64,000 bases of DNA from Escherichia phage LPEK22. Made by a program: the position numbers and the translations under genes. Positions within the stretch are counted from its first letter, which is position 1; each line of letters starts with the position of its first letter. This document shows, piece by piece, positions 48,171 through 58,214 of the stretch. The notes beneath the pieces are model-generated. The model was not told where the DNA came from. It did not search any database and saw nothing but the letters and a program-made list of their open reading frames with translations. Location of the stretch: the sequence record OK283619.1. One strand, written 5' to 3'.

Positions 48171-48909
48171 GATTCGAGACAAAAAATCTTTTATGAATTA
48201 TGTCTTGCGTAAATTGGGTGCTCCTGTGATCCAAATTAACCTTGACAGTTCACAAGTCGAAGATGCAGTCGATGATGCTCTGCAGAAATTTTGGGAATAT
48301 CATCGTGATGGTAGCCAAGATGCGTTCTTCCTGTACCAAGTTAAACAAGAAGATATCGACAAGGGATATATAGAATTTCCCGATGATATTGACGATGTGA
48401 TTGAAGTTATCCCTGGACCTCCTATTGAGTCAATCGGAAACTGGGCAACTCCTCAATGGCAAATGGCTCAAGCAATGCTTGTCCCCAAAGCAGCGCTGGT
48501 TTCTATTCGTCTCATTGATTATGTTTCCATGCAACAACGCCTGTCGGATATCACAAGCGTCTTAAATGTTCGCCGTAATTTTGTGTACAAGAAGTTCCAG
48601 CGACGCCTTTACCCGCAGTTTGCTGCCATTGTTGATGAAACTCTGGCTTTTCGTTGTTATCAAAATATCGACCCCGAATCGGAAGAAAACGCTGAAGCAT
48701 GGAATGATATGTGGTTGAAAGCGTATGCGACTGCATTGGTCAAGCGCCGTTGGGCAGAGGTGCTTAAGAAGGCAAGAGGCATCCGTCTCCCTGGTGGTAT
48801 CGAACTGGATGGTGATAGTATGTTCAGTGAGGCCGAGACCGAGATAGAGCGGCTGGAGGAAGAATTGCGTACTGGTCAGCAATACCCCATTGATTTTATG
48901 ATGGGATAA
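48157..48909 (+). CDS. neck/head-completion protein (gp13-like by position), putative
   Basis: 250 aa from ATG 48157 (MAVNKIRDKK...); fourth gene upstream of terminase, matching T4 order 13-14-15-16-17. Confidence 0.45.
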   Translation: MAVNKIRDKKSFMNYVLRKLGAPVIQINLDSSQVEDAVDDALQKFWEYHRDGSQDAFFLYQVKQEDIDKGYIEFPDDIDDVIEVIPGPPIESIGNWATPQWQMAQAMLVPKAALVSIRLIDYVSMQQRLSDITSVLNVRRNFVYKKFQRRLYPQFAAIVDETLAFRCYQNIDPESEENAEAWNDMWLKAYATALVKRRWAEVLKKARGIRLPGGIELDGDSMFSEAETEIERLEEELRTGQQYPIDFMMG

Positions 48910-48911
48910 GA

Positions 48912-48937
48912 GAAGGCGGGTTATCCCGCCTTTCTTT
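48912..48937. terminator. bidirectional terminator hairpin
   Basis: AAGGCGGG-TTAT-CCCGCCTT followed by TCTTTTTA; between convergent genes. Confidence 0.5.
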
Positions 48938-49150
48938 TTATAACTTGATGTCGCGTCCGGAAGGATCTGAATTTGCTAGAATATAACCATCAACCACGTT
49001 CTTTTCGTCCCACCATTCAATAAAATCATTTCCCTTTTCGCCTTTGATAAGACCCACAATGTTATATGAACCATCGGCGATTTTAGCATCTACACAGATA
49101 ATTCTCACACGCCTTCCGTCACGAGTTTCTTTAATATCTTCAACCTTCAT
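48938..49150 (-). CDS. small protein on the opposite strand inside the late operon
   Basis: 70-aa ORF with strong GAGGAA RBS 8 nt before ATG 49150. Confidence 0.5.
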   Translation of the reverse strand: MKVEDIKETRDGRRVRIICVDAKIADGSYNIVGLIKGEKGNDFIEWWDEKNVVDGYILANSDPSGRDIKL

Positions 49151-49181
49151 TTATCAATTCCTCAAAAGAATTAATGATTGA

Positions 49182-49190
49182 CTAAATACC
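49182..49190 (+). promoter_or_regulatory. late promoter motif CTAAATACC
   Basis: About 22 nt upstream of ATG 49212. Confidence 0.45.
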
Positions 49191-49211
49191 TTCAAAATTG
49201 AGGGTAAAGTC

Positions 49212-49853
49212 ATGGCTACTTCAAAATATTTCAACTATACAGCACATCAAGGTACTCAAAAATTAATTGATGACTTGGTGGTCGAGATGATACAATTGCG
49301 TGGGATTGACGTCAAGTATATCCCACGTTCTATTGTTGAAAAATACCCAATTTTAAACGAGGCCGAACACAAATTCGACCAAGCGTTTGACATCGAAGTG
49401 TATATGCAGGATTATCAAGGCTTCAACACACAGATGTGGGAAAAGTTCGGCGGTATCCAATTACAAGATGAAGTGACATTCACTATTGCTCGTCGTCGTT
49501 TTTCAGAAGTTATTGGTAATGGTCCAGGCCTTGAACAAATGCCTCAAGAAGGTGATTTGATATATCTGCCTATGGCTAACAAAATATTTAAAGTGAATAA
49601 CCCGAATAACGATGAAGAATTCATGCAATTTGGGAAATGGTACACATATTCCCTACCATGTACGTTGTTCCAATACGGTAACGAAGATTTCGATACAGGT
49701 GTATCTGAAATAGACGATATTGATAAACGATTGCAGGATCTGGAAGGAGACGGTGTGTACAAAGACGCCAGCCTGCAAACGGATAACCAATTTGCGGACG
49801 AAATAGAGAAAGATCTTTCGCCCAATAAAATGAAGATAGACTTCGGGGAATAA
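49212..49853 (+). CDS. neck protein (gp14-like by position), putative
   Basis: 213-aa ORF; synteny only. Confidence 0.45.
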   Translation: MATSKYFNYTAHQGTQKLIDDLVVEMIQLRGIDVKYIPRSIVEKYPILNEAEHKFDQAFDIEVYMQDYQGFNTQMWEKFGGIQLQDEVTFTIARRRFSEVIGNGPGLEQMPQEGDLIYLPMANKIFKVNNPNNDEEFMQFGKWYTYSLPCTLFQYGNEDFDTGVSEIDDIDKRLQDLEGDGVYKDASLQTDNQFADEIEKDLSPNKMKIDFGE

Positions 49854-49855
49854 TC

Positions 49856-50554
49856 ATGGCCAGACCATTTGAAAAATATTTCTATCATGAATCATTGTTG
49901 AAATACATACATGTGTTCAACGCTATCATGTCAGATTTAAAAGTCAAAACCGAACGTGGCTTGATGGAAATCCCGCTGCATATGGCCATTGGCCGCCGTA
50001 ATGACCTCAACAGGAACGTGCCAGCCAATATGCTGCCATTTGCAACAATGTCCTTTGGTCAGTTCGAAATCAATAAACAGGTGACGAAGTCATACCACAA
50101 CCAAATATCGACCGCTACGGCACGGTCCAAACAACGCATTCCGATCATTATAGATTTTGAATACAATATCAGAACTAAAAAATTGGTCGAAATGTTGCAA
50201 GTATTAGAACAAATTTATTCTGTGTTCACTCCTTCTGTTGACTGTCAGATAAAGGACAACGATACTTTATCTCAAGATCAGAACGTGAAGATAATGTTGG
50301 TAAATCACACGATTTCTGACAACTGGGAAGGGGACGCAACAGAATCACCACACATAGATTGTTCATTCAATTTTCAATTACATGGTCACATCTATGGAGA
50401 AGATTATTGGGTTGATGATGGTTCGGGCGGTGGGGATCCAAACGTCATCAAAGAGATAATTATTGAAATGTCTAATGATTTGAACATGCCATGGTCGGAA
50501 CTTCCTGAGTGGTTCCGAGTTGATAAAGACGGCATACATCATCCGGAGGATTGA
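49856..50554 (+). CDS. tail completion/sheath stabiliser (gp15-like by position), putative
   Basis: 232-aa ORF; synteny only. Confidence 0.45.
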   Translation: MARPFEKYFYHESLLKYIHVFNAIMSDLKVKTERGLMEIPLHMAIGRRNDLNRNVPANMLPFATMSFGQFEINKQVTKSYHNQISTATARSKQRIPIIIDFEYNIRTKKLVEMLQVLEQIYSVFTPSVDCQIKDNDTLSQDQNVKIMLVNHTISDNWEGDATESPHIDCSFNFQLHGHIYGEDYWVDDGSGGGDPNVIKEIIIEMSNDLNMPWSELPEWFRVDKDGIHHPED

Positions 50555-50556
50555 TC

Positions 50557-51237
50557 ATGAGCAATATGTCAGAAAGGTTACTCGCCACGCTTGATGCAGT
50601 GACCGCCCGAGACGAAGTCGGGAAGGAGGCGATGGAGGCTGTCGCCCCTCGTCCAGGTATTGACTTCGATGAAAATACAGGTGAATGGTTTGGTGAACGT
50701 CCGGAAGGGTATCAGCCGATTCCTGAACCTCCTTCATTGGAGGATATTGCTTCCAAGGAATCCAAAGTACCTGAGTTTGCGGACACTGATGCTACAACGG
50801 ATTACAAACGGATACGCGACACAACATATGCCATGCAAGAAGCCACAATGTTCATGATGGGACAAGCCGCTAAATTGGCTGCATCCACAGAAGCTCCGCG
50901 AGCATTTTCTGTTTTCCGTGAATTGGGTGAACTCATGCGCGGTCTGAATAAAGACTTGATGGAAAACCAGAAAACCATCAAGGCAGTAACAGGTGATAAA
51001 GAACCACCTGTTGATGACACGACAGTGGATGTTACAACTTCACCAGACGGAACAACAACAGTATCGGTTGGGAAAAAGGCGCGATCTTCTCGCGATTTAT
51101 TGAAGACGATTGAAGATGCCCGCCGTCGCGCTGAAGAAAGATCACAAGCAAAGGCCGCACAACAACCAGAAGATGAAATCATTGATGGTGAAACAGTTGA
51201 TGTGAAGGAAGAAGACGATGGCGTATCAGAAGCGTGA
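50557..51237 (+). CDS. terminase small subunit (gp16-like by position), putative
   Basis: 226 aa from ATG 50557 (GGAGG RBS); immediately upstream of and overlapping the terminase large subunit; acidic C-terminus. Confidence 0.5.
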   Translation: MSNMSERLLATLDAVTARDEVGKEAMEAVAPRPGIDFDENTGEWFGERPEGYQPIPEPPSLEDIASKESKVPEFADTDATTDYKRIRDTTYAMQEATMFMMGQAAKLAASTEAPRAFSVFRELGELMRGLNKDLMENQKTIKAVTGDKEPPVDDTTVDVTTSPDGTTTVSVGKKARSSRDLLKTIEDARRRAEERSQAKAAQQPEDEIIDGETVDVKEEDDGVSEA

Positions 51238-53428
51238 TATAGAATATGCCCCAATTAAAACGGGGTTCAAAATAGACGATGTGAAATTGCGTATGGACCA
51301 AACGTTCATGCGCAAACCTTCTGTGCGTGCTCCCCGAGTCGAGTTAATGCTGACAGATGAACAAGAAGACGAATTCGTTGAATGTTCAATGGACGCGCAT
51401 TACTTCGCCGCCAACTATTACAAGATAACCACGATCGATAAAGGCTTTATCCTTTTCGATATGCATGATTATCAGAAGCAGTTGTTCCATGACTTTCAGG
51501 ACTATCGATTCAATGCGGTCGTCCAGGCTCGTCAGTCCGGTAAATGCGTCCGTGGTGATACTCTTGTTTATGTCTATGATACAATCAGTCAACAAGAGTT
51601 GCATCTCACCATAGAAGAGCTTCACAAGCGCTTCGAAGGACCTAACCATGCTGTGCCACTGAATACCATTGGCAACCACAATAAGTTTGTAGACAGCCGT
51701 TTCGGGAAACGATATTTTGTTGAGTCCGACACTGGCTGGGTTCCGGTTATTGCCGCTCATAAAACGAAAGAATACGCTGAATACGTTGTCAGGACTGAAA
51801 CCGGACGCACAATTCATGTCGCAGATGAGCACATGTTCTTCAATGAATATGGGCGCGAAGTATTTGCTAAAGACATGGAGGCCGGAGATGCCATAATGAC
51901 CCAGGAGGGAATAGAATTCATCTCTGAGATCTGGGAGACTGGTGAGTACCACCACATGTATGACTTGCAAGTCAAGTCCAGCGATCAACGTTATTACACG
52001 AATGGGTTCCTCAGCCATAATACCACGGTCGTGGCTGCGTTTCTTCTTTGGTATGCGATGTTCCACTCAGACAAAGAAATCGCGGTACTGGCAAACAAAG
52101 AGAAACAAGCGATTGAAATTCTTGACCGTATCAGGAAGGCGTATCAGGACCTCCCATTCTTCCTTCAGCAGGGTTGTGAGAAGTTTGGTTCTACACTGAT
52201 AGAGTTTGAGAACGGCTCTAAGATATATGCTTATGCAACGTCTTCGGACTCTATTCGTGGTCGTTCTGTATCTCTCTTGTACGTGGACGAAGTAGCGTTC
52301 ATCGAAAATGACTTTGAATTTTGGGAATCAACATTCCCAGCGATCGCATCTGCTGATACTTCACGTTGTATCCTGACCAGTACTCCGAAAGGCCAGCGAG
52401 GGTTGTTCTACGATATCGTTACAAAAGCCGACCCACGCCATCCACAATACAACGATTTCCATCTTACCGAAGTCCCTTGGTACAAGGTTCCGGCGTACAC
52501 CAAAGACCCTGATTGGGAAACCAAACAACGCGCTCGTCTGGGGGATGCTCGTTTCGATCAAGAATTTGGCATTAAGTTCCGTGGTTCCGTGGGTTCATTG
52601 ATTCCGGCCAAATGCTTAGATAAAATGACGTCCAAGTTGTATCGGGAACCTAATGAATTCACCAAGATTTATAAGGAATACGACCCACAACGTCTCTACT
52701 TTGGGATTGCGGACACTGGGAAGGGGGTGGAAGGAGATTATTCCGTCTTAACAATTCTGGATATAACTGAATATCCGCATGTCATAGCAGCCAAGTACAG
52801 GAATAACACGATACCTCCTATGATGTATGCATACACGATAGCTGATATGTGCACCGAATACGGGGAATGCCCTGTCCTTGTTGAAACAAACAACGACGTC
52901 GGTGGACAGGTTATCACGATCTTGTATCAAGAAATTGAGTATCCAGAGATCATATTCACGTCGACGGATAACAAAGGGACAGGGAAACGGATTGGTGGTC
53001 GTAAACCAGAGCCAGGCATTAACACCAACAGGAAAGTGCGATCTATTGGTTGTGCTAACCTGAAAGCGCTTATTGAGAAAGAAATGTTGGTGATCGAAGA
53101 CCAAGACACGATAGATGAACTCAGCACATTCGTGTTCCGTGGTGCGCGTTATGAAGCAGATGATGGATGCCACGACGACTGCGTTATGCCGTTGGTATTA
53201 TATTCTTGGGCAGTTAAACAAGAATGGTTCAGTGATCTGACTTCTACCAGTATTTCTCAAGACATGAGAAATAGAATGTCTTCGACTGAGTCACAACAAG
53301 TATTCCCGTTTGGTGGTTTAGTCGTGGGAGACACTCCATCTGGAACTGAGCATCTCCCTGGGTTCGGTGGTGTTCAAGTCTTCGACGAACGTTCAGGGAT
53401 GACAATGGACGAGTGGTTTAAGAATTGA
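51218..53428 (+). CDS. terminase large subunit, interrupted by an in-frame mini-intein
   Basis: 736-aa ORF; Walker A split as VVQARQSGK | intein | TTVVAAFLLWYAMF, which rejoins as RQSGKTT; overall T4 gp17-like position. Confidence 0.85.
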   Translation: MAYQKRDIEYAPIKTGFKIDDVKLRMDQTFMRKPSVRAPRVELMLTDEQEDEFVECSMDAHYFAANYYKITTIDKGFILFDMHDYQKQLFHDFQDYRFNAVVQARQSGKCVRGDTLVYVYDTISQQELHLTIEELHKRFEGPNHAVPLNTIGNHNKFVDSRFGKRYFVESDTGWVPVIAAHKTKEYAEYVVRTETGRTIHVADEHMFFNEYGREVFAKDMEAGDAIMTQEGIEFISEIWETGEYHHMYDLQVKSSDQRYYTNGFLSHNTTVVAAFLLWYAMFHSDKEIAVLANKEKQAIEILDRIRKAYQDLPFFLQQGCEKFGSTLIEFENGSKIYAYATSSDSIRGRSVSLLYVDEVAFIENDFEFWESTFPAIASADTSRCILTSTPKGQRGLFYDIVTKADPRHPQYNDFHLTEVPWYKVPAYTKDPDWETKQRARLGDARFDQEFGIKFRGSVGSLIPAKCLDKMTSKLYREPNEFTKIYKEYDPQRLYFGIADTGKGVEGDYSVLTILDITEYPHVIAAKYRNNTIPPMMYAYTIADMCTEYGECPVLVETNNDVGGQVITILYQEIEYPEIIFTSTDNKGTGKRIGGRKPEPGINTNRKVRSIGCANLKALIEKEMLVIEDQDTIDELSTFVFRGARYEADDGCHDDCVMPLVLYSWAVKQEWFSDLTSTSISQDMRNRMSSTESQQVFPFGGLVVGDTPSGTEHLPGFGGVQVFDERSGMTMDEWFKN
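51545..52021 (+). mobile_element. mini-intein (159 aa, Hint domain, no endonuclease domain) in the terminase P-loop
   Basis: Starts CVRGDTLVYVYD (block A with Cys1), internal TIHVADEH (block B-like), ends YDLQV...YYTNGFLSHN with +1 Thr. Confidence 0.8.
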
Positions 53429-53431
53429 TCA

Positions 53432-53439
53432 CTAAATAT
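53432..53439 (+). promoter_or_regulatory. late promoter motif CTAAATAT
   Basis: About 42 nt upstream of ATG 53481. Confidence 0.45.
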
Positions 53440-53480
53440 CTTTCAAATTGAGCGAAACTCTACCGAGAAGGAATAACATT

Positions 53481-55376
53481 ATGGCAACTCAAAGCTTCAG
53501 CGTTGCGCCGTCCGTTCAGTGGACTGAGCGTGATGCCACGCTTCAGACGTCCCCGTCCGTTGTTGTTCAGGGCGCGACCGTCGGCAAATTTCAATGGGGT
53601 GAAGTTGAACTTCCAGTGCTGGTGACTGGTGGTGAGACAGGTTTGGTGAAGAAATTCTTCAAACCCAACGACAGTACTGCGACAGATTTCCTTGTGATTG
53701 CAGACTTTTTGTCTTACAGCTCTATGGCATGGGTGACTCGTGTTGTTGGTCCTCTGGCCAAGAACTCTGTCACCAAAGGCCAGACAGCCATCACGATCAA
53801 AAACAAGCTGGATTTTGAAACAGCAAGTCCGTCAGCGTCTATCACTTGGGCTGGTCGTTATCCAGGTTCCCTGGGTAATGATATTGCTATCAATGTTTGT
53901 GACTCCGCTGGATTTCCGACCTGGGAATTCCGCAACAACTTTGCGTACGCACCTCAGTCTGGTGAATTCCATGTTGTGGTTGTAGACAAAGTTGGGCGCA
54001 TTACTGACTCTGAAGGCGCAGTCGGTCAGGTTGATCGTATATCTGTTTCTGGCACGGCAACTGCAGCTGGCACCATCAGTGTGGCAGGTGAAGATATTGC
54101 ATATCTGGATACTGATACTCCGGCCACTTTGGCGACCAAAATCGGCGCGGCGCTGACGGCGCTGACAGATGTTTATTCTTCTGTCGTTGTTAAGTCTAAC
54201 ACTGTCATCGTGACCCATAAAGCTATTGGTCCCCAGACAGTTACTGCTATTGTTCCAGATGATAAGGGGCTGACTGCAACCGCCGTGATTACCACTGTTG
54301 GCGCATCTGGTTCTATTATCGAAAAATACGAACTCATGCAGAACACACAGGGTTCCAAAAAGTCCGATGGCGCGAATGCGTACTTCAAAGATGTCATCAA
54401 TGATACATCAAATTGGGTGTACACCTTCGCTACCGCTCTGGCCGCAGGTGTTGTTGAATTAGAAGGCGGCGTAGACGATTATAACATCAACCGCGTGGCG
54501 GCTATCCAAGTCTTGAACAATGCCGAAGCATATGATGCGAAGCCAGTATTTGCATACTGTGAAGAGTTGATTGAGCAACAAGCATTGATCGACTTATCTA
54601 CTGAGCGAAAAGATACAGTATCTTTCGTATCCCCGCTCCGTGATACGGTTGTTGGCAACCGTGGTCGTGAAATGGATGATGTCGTTGCTTGGCGTGAAAG
54701 CCTTGTTCGCGACTCTTCTTATTTCTTCATGGATGATAACTGGGCATATGTGTACGACAAGTACAACGACAAAATGCGTTGGATTCCGGCTTGTGGTGGC
54801 ACCGCAGGTGTTTGGGCGCGAAGCATTGAAATCGCGGGTATCTACAAATCTCCGGCGTTCCACAACCGTGGTAAATACAACAACTATAATCGAATGGCGT
54901 GGTCTGCGTCTTCTGATGAACGTGCTGTGTTGTACCGCAATCAGATCAACAGCATCGTAACCTTCTCCAATGAAGGCATCGTCCTGTATGGTGACAAAAC
55001 TGGCCTGACCCGCCCGTCGGCGTTTGACCGTATCAACGTTCGTGGCCTGTTCATCATGGCTGAGCAGAACATCGCCGCAATCGCCAAATACTATCTTGGT
55101 GAGAACAATGACGCGTTTACACGTAGTCTGTTCAGCAATGCGGTTCGTCCATATATTCGCCAGCTGGCAAATATGGGCGCGATTTACGATGGTAAAGTCA
55201 AGTGTGATGAAGATAACAACACTGCTGATGTCATTGCGGCAAACCAAATGGTTGCTGGTATCTGGTTGAAGCCTGAGTACAGCATAAATTGGGTGTATCT
55301 TGACTTTGCTGCAGTTCGACCAGATATGGAGTTCAGCGAAATCGAATCCGGTGGCGGCATCGTTGCTGCTTCATAA
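53481..55376 (+). CDS. tail sheath protein (gp18-like)
   Basis: 631 aa from ATG 53481 (AAGGA RBS; MATQSFSV...); follows terminase as in T4; size fits sheath. Confidence 0.65.
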   Translation: MATQSFSVAPSVQWTERDATLQTSPSVVVQGATVGKFQWGEVELPVLVTGGETGLVKKFFKPNDSTATDFLVIADFLSYSSMAWVTRVVGPLAKNSVTKGQTAITIKNKLDFETASPSASITWAGRYPGSLGNDIAINVCDSAGFPTWEFRNNFAYAPQSGEFHVVVVDKVGRITDSEGAVGQVDRISVSGTATAAGTISVAGEDIAYLDTDTPATLATKIGAALTALTDVYSSVVVKSNTVIVTHKAIGPQTVTAIVPDDKGLTATAVITTVGASGSIIEKYELMQNTQGSKKSDGANAYFKDVINDTSNWVYTFATALAAGVVELEGGVDDYNINRVAAIQVLNNAEAYDAKPVFAYCEELIEQQALIDLSTERKDTVSFVSPLRDTVVGNRGREMDDVVAWRESLVRDSSYFFMDDNWAYVYDKYNDKMRWIPACGGTAGVWARSIEIAGIYKSPAFHNRGKYNNYNRMAWSASSDERAVLYRNQINSIVTFSNEGIVLYGDKTGLTRPSAFDRINVRGLFIMAEQNIAAIAKYYLGENNDAFTRSLFSNAVRPYIRQLANMGAIYDGKVKCDEDNNTADVIAANQMVAGIWLKPEYSINWVYLDFAAVRPDMEFSEIESGGGIVAAS

Positions 55377-55386
55377 AAATGACCAA

Positions 55387-55410
55387 CCCCGCTTCGGCGG
55401 GGTTTTCCTT
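55387..55410 (+). terminator. intrinsic terminator CCCCGC-TTCG-GCGGGG
   Basis: Hairpin followed by TTTTCCTTT. Confidence 0.6.
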
Positions 55411-55434
55411 TGTCTTATTGATTTGAGTTATTGA

Positions 55435-55893
55435 ATGATATACGCATACAAAATTGAAACGATAACTAATGGAAAGGTCTACATCGGTGTGACCAATCAC
55501 CCACAACGAAGATATGATCAGCATTTTGCGAATGCTTTTCATCATGGAGTCCAAAGTGAATTGTATGATGCTATGCGTAAGTATGGAACATCTGGATTTA
55601 CTTTCGTTGTAATTGCTCAGACCGATGAAGTCCATAAATGGGAATTAGAGAAGCAACTCATCGCTCAATATAATTCTTATGAGATGGGTTACAACATGAA
55701 TAAAGGCGGTAATGATGGAAGTCATATGCTGGGTAAAACTGCAGCAAAATTGACATCCACAGGTGAACACATTGGTCTTGTTTCTCTCATAGATCCCCGT
55801 TGGGAATTGTGTGAAATCGAACCTGTTTCAAGTAATGTTCATCATGGTTTCGATCTTTCTTCCATGAAGATTAAAAGATTGACGACTAATTAG
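55435..55893 (+). CDS. GIY-YIG homing endonuclease (free-standing)
   Basis: 152 aa; N-terminal IYAYKIETITNGKVYIGVTNHPQRRYDQH matches the GIY-(N10)-YIG motif with conserved Arg; inserted between sheath and tube genes. Confidence 0.75.
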   Translation: MIYAYKIETITNGKVYIGVTNHPQRRYDQHFANAFHHGVQSELYDAMRKYGTSGFTFVVIAQTDEVHKWELEKQLIAQYNSYEMGYNMNKGGNDGSHMLGKTAAKLTSTGEHIGLVSLIDPRWELCEIEPVSSNVHHGFDLSSMKIKRLTTN

Positions 55894-55923
55894 AATTGTG
55901 TACTCTTATTTGGAGATATAAAA

Positions 55924-56457
55924 ATGGCGACAGTCAATGAGTTTCGCGCAGCCATGTCACGAGGGGGCGGCGTACAACGCCAACACCGCTGGCGTGTGAC
56001 TGTAAACTTTCCTTCTTTTGTTGCTGGTTCCGACACAATTCGTGACGTGTCCTTGCTGGCTGTAACCACCAACACCCCAACAGGTCAGCTGGGCGAAATT
56101 CTGGTGCCCTGGGGTGGTCGTGAACTTCCGTTCCCAGGGGATCGTCGTTTCGAAGCGCTTCCTGTGACGTTCATTAACGTGGTGAACAACGCTCCATACA
56201 ATGCTTTTGAAGTGTGGCAGCAATTCATCAACGGTAGTGAAAACAACCGCGCCAGCGCGAATCCAGATGATTATTTCCGTGATATCATCATGGAACTTCT
56301 GGACGCGAATGACAACGTGACTAAGACATGGACTTTACAGGGCGGCTGGCCTCAAAACCTCGGCCAACTGGAACTCGATATGTCGGCAATGGACTCTTAC
56401 ACACAGTTCACTGTCGACTTGCGTTATTTCCAAGCCGTTTCTGACAAGTCATTGTAA
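55924..56457 (+). CDS. tail tube protein (gp19-like)
   Basis: 177 aa; position after sheath; C-terminal GQLELDMSAMDSYTQFTVDLRYF resembles recalled T4 gp19 C-terminus. Confidence 0.6.
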   Translation: MATVNEFRAAMSRGGGVQRQHRWRVTVNFPSFVAGSDTIRDVSLLAVTTNTPTGQLGEILVPWGGRELPFPGDRRFEALPVTFINVVNNAPYNAFEVWQQFINGSENNRASANPDDYFRDIIMELLDANDNVTKTWTLQGGWPQNLGQLELDMSAMDSYTQFTVDLRYFQAVSDKSL

Positions 56458-56524
56458 TGTCCTCGGTGCTGGGGGAATGTTATTCCCCCTCACTAATTAC
56501 AAGAAAACGTTGAGGACTTAGATC

Positions 56525-58207
56525 ATGGCTGGATACGGCATGGGGTTCTTCGGTTTGTTTGGTGGCGGCGGTTTAGTCAATGCCAAAGTCGACACCGATA
56601 AGTTAGCCCAAAAACAAGATGAATTGTTGCTCACCAAGGCGACAGTTGTTGCTCTGGACGATGCTCAAGACGGTTCTATAATCCTTCAGGGCGGTGCAAA
56701 CACCTACAACTATGTTGGCGTTGAGAGTGAACTTCTCAGCGTTAAAACAGTTGTGGAAGAATATCAGTCCATGGCTCAACAGCCTGAAATTCGCAAAGCT
56801 GTGGACATTATTGTCAATGATGTTGTCACCTGTGAGGAAGATGAAACTCCAGTGACAGTAAACCTTGACAAAGTTGAAGGGATATCTGATACTGTTAAAG
56901 AATCTATCACCGAATGCTTCAAAGAAGTTATGCACTTGATGGACTTTGACAATACAGCATATCAGAAGATCCGGAAATGGTATGTTGACGGTCGACAAGC
57001 ATATCATGTCATCGTTGATCCCACGAATAAAAAAGGCGGGATCAAGAAATTGGTTATGCTTGATTCTCGTTGCATTCGTCCTGTCTATATCGTTGAGAAG
57101 GCGATGCGTGAAGGCGGTATTGAAGCAATAGAATCTGTAACATTGAAGTATTATTACAACCCGAATTATAATCGAAACCAATTCACTGGCCAATCTGGTA
57201 CTTCTCAAAACTTCCAGCCTTCACAGCAAGAACTCGTATTCGATGACGAAAGCATTGTTTACATCGATAGTGGTGAAGAGCCATTGGCCAATGGTATTGT
57301 CCCAGGCCTTTTAAATCCTGCTATCCGTCCGTTGAACAACCTGGTTACGACTGAAGATGCGACTGTAATTTATGCCATCACTCGCGCCCCTGAGAAACGC
57401 GCATTCTATCTTGACGTCGGTACTCTCGGTAAGAAATCTGCTGAAGAATACATGACCATGATGATGGGTAAATTCAAAAACCGCAACGCATATGACCGCA
57501 CCACTGGTAAGATAACAGGTAATGCCCATCTTATGGGTATTGCAGAGGATTATTGGTTGCCGCGCCGCGAAGGTCAGAATGCTACAGAGATTGCGACTGT
57601 TGGGGGTGGGAATCAATTGGGCGAAATGGATCACGTGAACTATTTCCGTGAAAAACTCTATGATGCTCTAATGATCCCTAAGAGCCGCCTCCAAGAGGAA
57701 GGATCTATTAACATTGGGGGTTCTAACCTTGCGGAGATTACACAGGAAGAGCTGCGCTTCAGCAAGTTCTGTGCTGGGTTACGACGCCGTTACTCCCATT
57801 TCTTTATGGAATTCTTGCGCCGCCAGTTAATTTTGAAAGGCGTTACGGATGAAAAGGATTGGAATGAGAAGATCAAACCGTTTATAAAGTTTGAATTCAC
57901 ATCCGATAGTTACATTCGTGAACAACAAGAAAACGCTATCTTGAATGATCGTCTGGCTTCATTGAACACTGTTGAGCCATTTGTTGGTTCCATTTTCTCC
58001 ATAGACTACGTCATGAGAAATGTATTGCGTATGTCTGATGAAGAAGTTAAAGAACAACAAACGAAGATCGCGGAAGAGAAGAAGAAAGGTCTCTATCCGA
58101 AGGTTCAAGCAGATGAAACTGGCAATTATAGCGGTTCAGATGTTAGTCCGTTGAAGTTTAAACCTGAGACTATCCCATTCTCCGGTTCAACAGACGATAG
58201 TATTTAA
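56525..58207 (+). CDS. portal protein (gp20-like)
   Basis: 560 aa; position between tube and prohead-core genes; size fits portal. Confidence 0.6.
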   Translation: MAGYGMGFFGLFGGGGLVNAKVDTDKLAQKQDELLLTKATVVALDDAQDGSIILQGGANTYNYVGVESELLSVKTVVEEYQSMAQQPEIRKAVDIIVNDVVTCEEDETPVTVNLDKVEGISDTVKESITECFKEVMHLMDFDNTAYQKIRKWYVDGRQAYHVIVDPTNKKGGIKKLVMLDSRCIRPVYIVEKAMREGGIEAIESVTLKYYYNPNYNRNQFTGQSGTSQNFQPSQQELVFDDESIVYIDSGEEPLANGIVPGLLNPAIRPLNNLVTTEDATVIYAITRAPEKRAFYLDVGTLGKKSAEEYMTMMMGKFKNRNAYDRTTGKITGNAHLMGIAEDYWLPRREGQNATEIATVGGGNQLGEMDHVNYFREKLYDALMIPKSRLQEEGSINIGGSNLAEITQEELRFSKFCAGLRRRYSHFFMEFLRRQLILKGVTDEKDWNEKIKPFIKFEFTSDSYIREQQENAILNDRLASLNTVEPFVGSIFSIDYVMRNVLRMSDEEVKEQQTKIAEEKKKGLYPKVQADETGNYSGSDVSPLKFKPETIPFSGSTDDSI

Positions 58208-58214
58208 AGTTCAA

